DNA of 40,650 bases. It comes from Myxococcales bacterium. Its GTDB lineage: Bacteria > Myxococcota_A > Polyangia > Fen-1088. The notes under the pieces were generated by a model. The model ran no database searches. It saw nothing but the letters and a program-made list of their open reading frames with translations, and was not told the DNA's origin. How positions within the stretch are numbered: position 1 is the stretch's first letter; every line of letters starts with the position of its first letter. Positions 37,205 through 40,650 of the stretch are shown in pieces. Made by a program: the position numbers and the translations under genes. The DNA lies in contig PMBS01000073.1 of NCBI GenBank assembly GCA_003153015.1, forward strand, positions 21,326 through 61,975, given 5' to 3'.

Positions 37205-37858
37205 ATGAAAATACTCGAAGTCAAAATGCTTGCGATCCCTGATCTGCGGGTGATCCGCTTCGGCAGGTTTCGCGATTCCCGAGGCTATTTCACCGAGCCC
37301 TACCGGCGAGGAGATCTCGACAAGCACCCGGAAACCGGGTTTTTCAGGGGCATCTCCATCGTTCAGGCGAACGAGAGCTGGTCCCGCGCGGGCACGATCA
37401 GGGGCCTGCATTTCCAATGGAACCCCTACATGGGCAAATTGGTGAGGACTCTCTCCGGCAGAATGGTGGACCTCGCGTTGGACATACGGAAAGGATCGCC
37501 GACGTGCGGGAAGATCATCGCGTACGACATGCCCGCAGCTCCCGATCGGGAATTCGACGAATGGATCTGGGTTCCTCCGGGCTTTGCTCACGGAAACTAC
37601 TTTCCCGAGGCGACCCAGATCGAGTACCTGTGCACGGGAGAATACTCACAGGGCTGCGAGGGGAGCGTTTCACCGTTTGCTCCTGACCTGGACTGGTCCC
37701 TCGCCTCCCCCGATCTCGTGGAGGATTTTCGCGCGCTGGTTGAGAAGGACCCGCTGGTGAGCGACAAGGACCGGAACGCCATGAGCTTCGCAGAATGGAT
37801 GAAGGACCCTCGGTCAGACAATTTCAAATACGCGCCACCGAACGGAGAGTCGCGATGA
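37205..37858 (+). CDS. rmlC: dTDP-4-dehydrorhamnose 3,5-epimerase family protein
   Basis: FRDSRGYFTE, QANESWS, GTIRGLHFQ, DIRKGSPT, WVPPGFAHG, VSDKD. Confidence 0.9.
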   Translation: MKILEVKMLAIPDLRVIRFGRFRDSRGYFTEPYRRGDLDKHPETGFFRGISIVQANESWSRAGTIRGLHFQWNPYMGKLVRTLSGRMVDLALDIRKGSPTCGKIIAYDMPAAPDREFDEWIWVPPGFAHGNYFPEATQIEYLCTGEYSQGCEGSVSPFAPDLDWSLASPDLVEDFRALVEKDPLVSDKDRNAMSFAEWMKDPRSDNFKYAPPNGESR

Positions 37859-38718
37859 GAATCGCGGTGTTCGGGTCAGACGGGCAGTTGGGAACCGATT
37901 TCGTGGCCACGGTCAAGCAAGGTGGTCAGGATTGCGTTCCGCTGACCATCGAAGACGTTGACCTCACCAATGCACCGCGGGTCGAGGATCTGCTGCGCAA
38001 GCTCCGACCAGACGTGGTGGTGAACTGCGCCGCCTTACATGACGTTGGCCAGTGCGAGGAGAAGCCGGCCCTGGCGACTGCGGTCAACCGCGACGCCGTC
38101 GGGATGCTGTCCCGCCTGTGTGGCGAGATGGATGCGAAGCTCCTGACCATCAGCACCGACTACGTCTTCGATGGGACCAAGATCGAAGGCTACACCGAGG
38201 ACGATTCCCCCAATCCCATCAACCAGTACGGCGTGAGCAAACTGGCCGGCGAACGACTCGCGCTGGCCAACAATCCAAAGACCTTCGTAGTGCGAACTCA
38301 AAGCCTGTACGGAGTTTCCCAGCTACGGGGGAAGAAGACGAACTTCGTCGATCTTGTGCTCAAGCTGTCGAAGGAACGGGATGAGTTAAAGGTCGATCAG
38401 TGCAGGATGGCACCAACCGGAACTGCATGCCTGGCCGAGAATCTCTACCAGCTTCTCTGCTCGGATCGGTACGGCCTTTACCACATGAGCTGCCAGGGAG
38501 CCACGACCTGGTACGAGTTTGCCCGCAAGATCGTCGATCTGATCGGCGCCAAGATCCGGGTGACCCCGGTTCCCAACGACTTCTTTCCCAAGAATTTCCG
38601 CCGTCCCGAGAATACCTACCTCATCAACCAGGGCCTTGCTCACGCCGGACTCGACTTCATGCCATCCTGGGAAGAGTCTCTTCGCCACTACCTGACGGCC
38701 AGGGGCGTGTTGGCTTGA
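37855..38718 (+). CDS. rmlD: dTDP-4-dehydrorhamnose reductase family protein
   Basis: GSDGQLG, VVNCAA, ISTDYVFDG, PINQYGVSKLAGE, GLYHM, TWYEFA; ATGA overlap with rmlC. Confidence 0.9.
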   Translation: MRIAVFGSDGQLGTDFVATVKQGGQDCVPLTIEDVDLTNAPRVEDLLRKLRPDVVVNCAALHDVGQCEEKPALATAVNRDAVGMLSRLCGEMDAKLLTISTDYVFDGTKIEGYTEDDSPNPINQYGVSKLAGERLALANNPKTFVVRTQSLYGVSQLRGKKTNFVDLVLKLSKERDELKVDQCRMAPTGTACLAENLYQLLCSDRYGLYHMSCQGATTWYEFARKIVDLIGAKIRVTPVPNDFFPKNFRRPENTYLINQGLAHAGLDFMPSWEESLRHYLTARGVLA

Positions 38719-38740
38719 CCCGCAACCAGGGAGATAGGCC

Positions 38741-39703
38741 ATGAGAATCCTTGTCGCAGGCGGTGCGGGCTACGTCGGTTCGGCGCTGGTCCCTTCCTTA
38801 CTGGAGAGGGGATACGAGGTCGATGTTATCGACCTGCTCTGGTTCGGCAACCATCTTCCCCCATCGGTCCGAGTTCTCAAGAAGGACATATTTGCCTGCG
38901 GCAAAGATGACTTCAAGGGATACGATCAGGTGGTGATGCTGGCTGGGCTCTCCAACGATCCAATGGCCGAGTTCAGCCCCGCCATGAACTTCACCTTCAA
39001 TGGAGCCCTCCCGTCCTACCTTGCATACATGGCGAAGTTGGCGGGAGTCCGTAGGATCGTCTACGCATCATCCTGCTCGGTCTACGGGTACACCGTGAAT
39101 GAGCTCTACGACGAGGACGCTCCGGTTACGTGCAACTACCCCTACGGAATCTCCAAGCTGCAAGGGGAGCGAGGGGTTCTGCAGATGCAGGACAAAGACT
39201 TCTCGGTCATCGCCCTCCGCAAGGGCACGGTCTCCGGCTACAGCCCGCGCATGAGGTTCGATCTGATCATCAATACCATGTACAAGTGCTGCGTGCTGGA
39301 CGGCAAGATCACCGTGAACAACGCCTCGATCTGGCGCCCCATCCTCGACATGCGCGATGCCGTATCCGCATACCTTCGCGCGATCCAGTCCGACTATAGC
39401 ATCAGCGGAATCTTCAATGTGGCTTCTGACAATTGCACCGTGGGCCACGTTGCTGACAGGGTGAAGGAAGCGTTGCAGGATGTGTTGGGACGGCAGATCG
39501 CCGTCGAGATCAAACACATCCATGACTTCCGGAACTACAAGGTGGCTATCGGCCGGGCCAAGACCGTCCTCGGCTTCGAGCCGGTCCACCGCGTGGAGGA
39601 CATCGTCCGAGACCTCCACGACCATCGGGACCAATACCGGGATTTGAACGCGGACGAGTACTACAACATCCGGGTGTTCAAGAAACTGCCGCAGAACTTC
39701 TAG
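38741..39703 (+). CDS. NAD-dependent epimerase/dehydratase (extended SDR)
   Basis: GGAGYVG, LAGLSNDP, ASSCSVYG, YGISK, GYSPRMRFDLIIN; GGGAG RBS. Confidence 0.9.
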   Translation: MRILVAGGAGYVGSALVPSLLERGYEVDVIDLLWFGNHLPPSVRVLKKDIFACGKDDFKGYDQVVMLAGLSNDPMAEFSPAMNFTFNGALPSYLAYMAKLAGVRRIVYASSCSVYGYTVNELYDEDAPVTCNYPYGISKLQGERGVLQMQDKDFSVIALRKGTVSGYSPRMRFDLIINTMYKCCVLDGKITVNNASIWRPILDMRDAVSAYLRAIQSDYSISGIFNVASDNCTVGHVADRVKEALQDVLGRQIAVEIKHIHDFRNYKVAIGRAKTVLGFEPVHRVEDIVRDLHDHRDQYRDLNADEYYNIRVFKKLPQNF

Positions 39704-40152
39704 AGGCCTCACTACCAAATCCAAGATCTTGCACGCCCGTCGCTGGCGCGCATCCATCGCCGGCCGCAGAACCATGGGTACGGCAATCAAACTCGGTGAA
39801 GTCGCCTACCCCAGCCTCTTCGCTGCCGGCGCCTCTTCGGCAACATCTTCGCATCTTCGCGAAGAACAAAGAGGTTACGAAGGAGGAATCTATGCGCTAA
39901 ACTGTGCCGTGTGTTCGGGACTCGCCTTTCATCACGCTCTGCCGGAGCTCAGAGCCGCCTGGCGGACCGATCTGACAGGTCGGTTGCCGTCGCCGCCCGC
40001 AAAGGCAGGGTTCTCCGACTTAAGAAACCCCCTTTCGAATCGTTTAGGCGCCGGACGTTCAAGAACCTTCATCGACTTGCCGATGCACGTGTCGAGCCCG
40101 CCCTGACCCTGGCGGGCAGACGGTTCTCTTCGTAGGTATGCAAGGAGGAGGC

Positions 40153-40650
40153 ATGATACGCTTCTTGGAAATTGGGGCTGTTCTTCTGTTGACCATCGCG
40201 CTGTCCTGTGGCCAGAACACGGCACGCGGAACCCAGGGAACCGGCGGCGTGGCAGACACGGGCGGCGCTTCAGGCATGGGTGGCGCGTCCGGTGCGGGTG
40301 GCGCGACCGGCTCTGGGCCACCGGCAAGCACGGGTGGCGCGTCCCGCGTGGGAGGAGCGACGCCCGGTGGTGGTGCGACGGTAGGTGCAGGCGGCGCGAC
40401 CGGGGGCGGCGGCGCAACCAGAGGAGGCAGCAGCGGTGCGACCAGTTCAGGTGGCGCAGGCGCTGGCGGTCGAACGAGGACCGGAAGAACCGGCGGCACG
40501 TCTACGTCCGGCGGTGCAACAGCTTCGGGCGGCGCCTCCAGTGCAGGCGGTGCAACAGGCTCGGGCGGCGTGTCCACCTCAGGCAGGGCAACGGGCACGG
40601 GCGGGGTAGTACCGCCCCTATCGGCCTGCTCGACGGCTCCGTTGCGCACC
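40153..40650 (+). CDS. Secreted lipoprotein, N-terminal part (Gly/Ala/Thr-rich linker); continues beyond the window end
   Basis: Not in the ORF track. AGGAGGAG RBS, then MIRFLEIGAVLLLTIALSCGQNTARGTQGTGG... with lipobox ALSC, open to the end of the window. Confidence 0.85.
   Translation, partial: MIRFLEIGAVLLLTIALSCGQNTARGTQGTGGVADTGGASGMGGASGAGGATGSGPPASTGGASRVGGATPGGGATVGAGGATGGGGATRGGSSGATSSGGAGAGGRTRTGRTGGTSTSGGATASGGASSAGGATGSGGVSTSGRATGTGGVVPPLSACSTAPLRT

Noticed and set aside
40059-40649. Pro-rich minus-strand ORF
   Set aside because: It is the antisense shadow of the + strand lipoprotein starting at 40153.
20150-40650. Integrative element at tRNA-Gly with an att duplication
   Set aside because: No repeat of the tRNA 3' end and no integrase were seen in the window.

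Overview
GC-rich bacterial DNA, most consistent with a Myxococcota (deltaproteobacterial) chromosome; this is inferred from the Gly/Thr-rich lipoprotein linkers, hybrid kinases and a short OPX plus beta-barrel export set. The left half (1-20 kb) holds three secreted lipoprotein genes, two paralogous hybrid histidine kinases, glgC, a radical SAM/SPASM-type enzyme, a fatty-acid-hydroxylase/sterol-desaturase-family gene next to a Rieske-FAD reductase, a GH38-like hydrolase, a polytopic membrane protein and tRNA-Gly(GCC). The right half (20.4-39.7 kb) is a mosaic Wzx/Wzy-dependent polysaccharide locus: beta-barrel, co-polymerase/OPX, PPTase, WcaJ, Wzy, Wzx, glycosyltransferases, a methyltransferase, rmlC, rmlD and an SDR epimerase, interrupted by pseudogenes and remnants of three IS families. 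A fourth lipoprotein gene starts at the right edge. The most striking item is one ORF that fuses a kinase-less polysaccharide co-polymerase (Wzc-like) to a short OPX (Wza-like) domain through an internal lipoprotein signal peptide. It lies between a beta-barrel gene and a phosphopantetheinyl transferase gene. All assignments come from recognising motifs by eye; no database searches were run.
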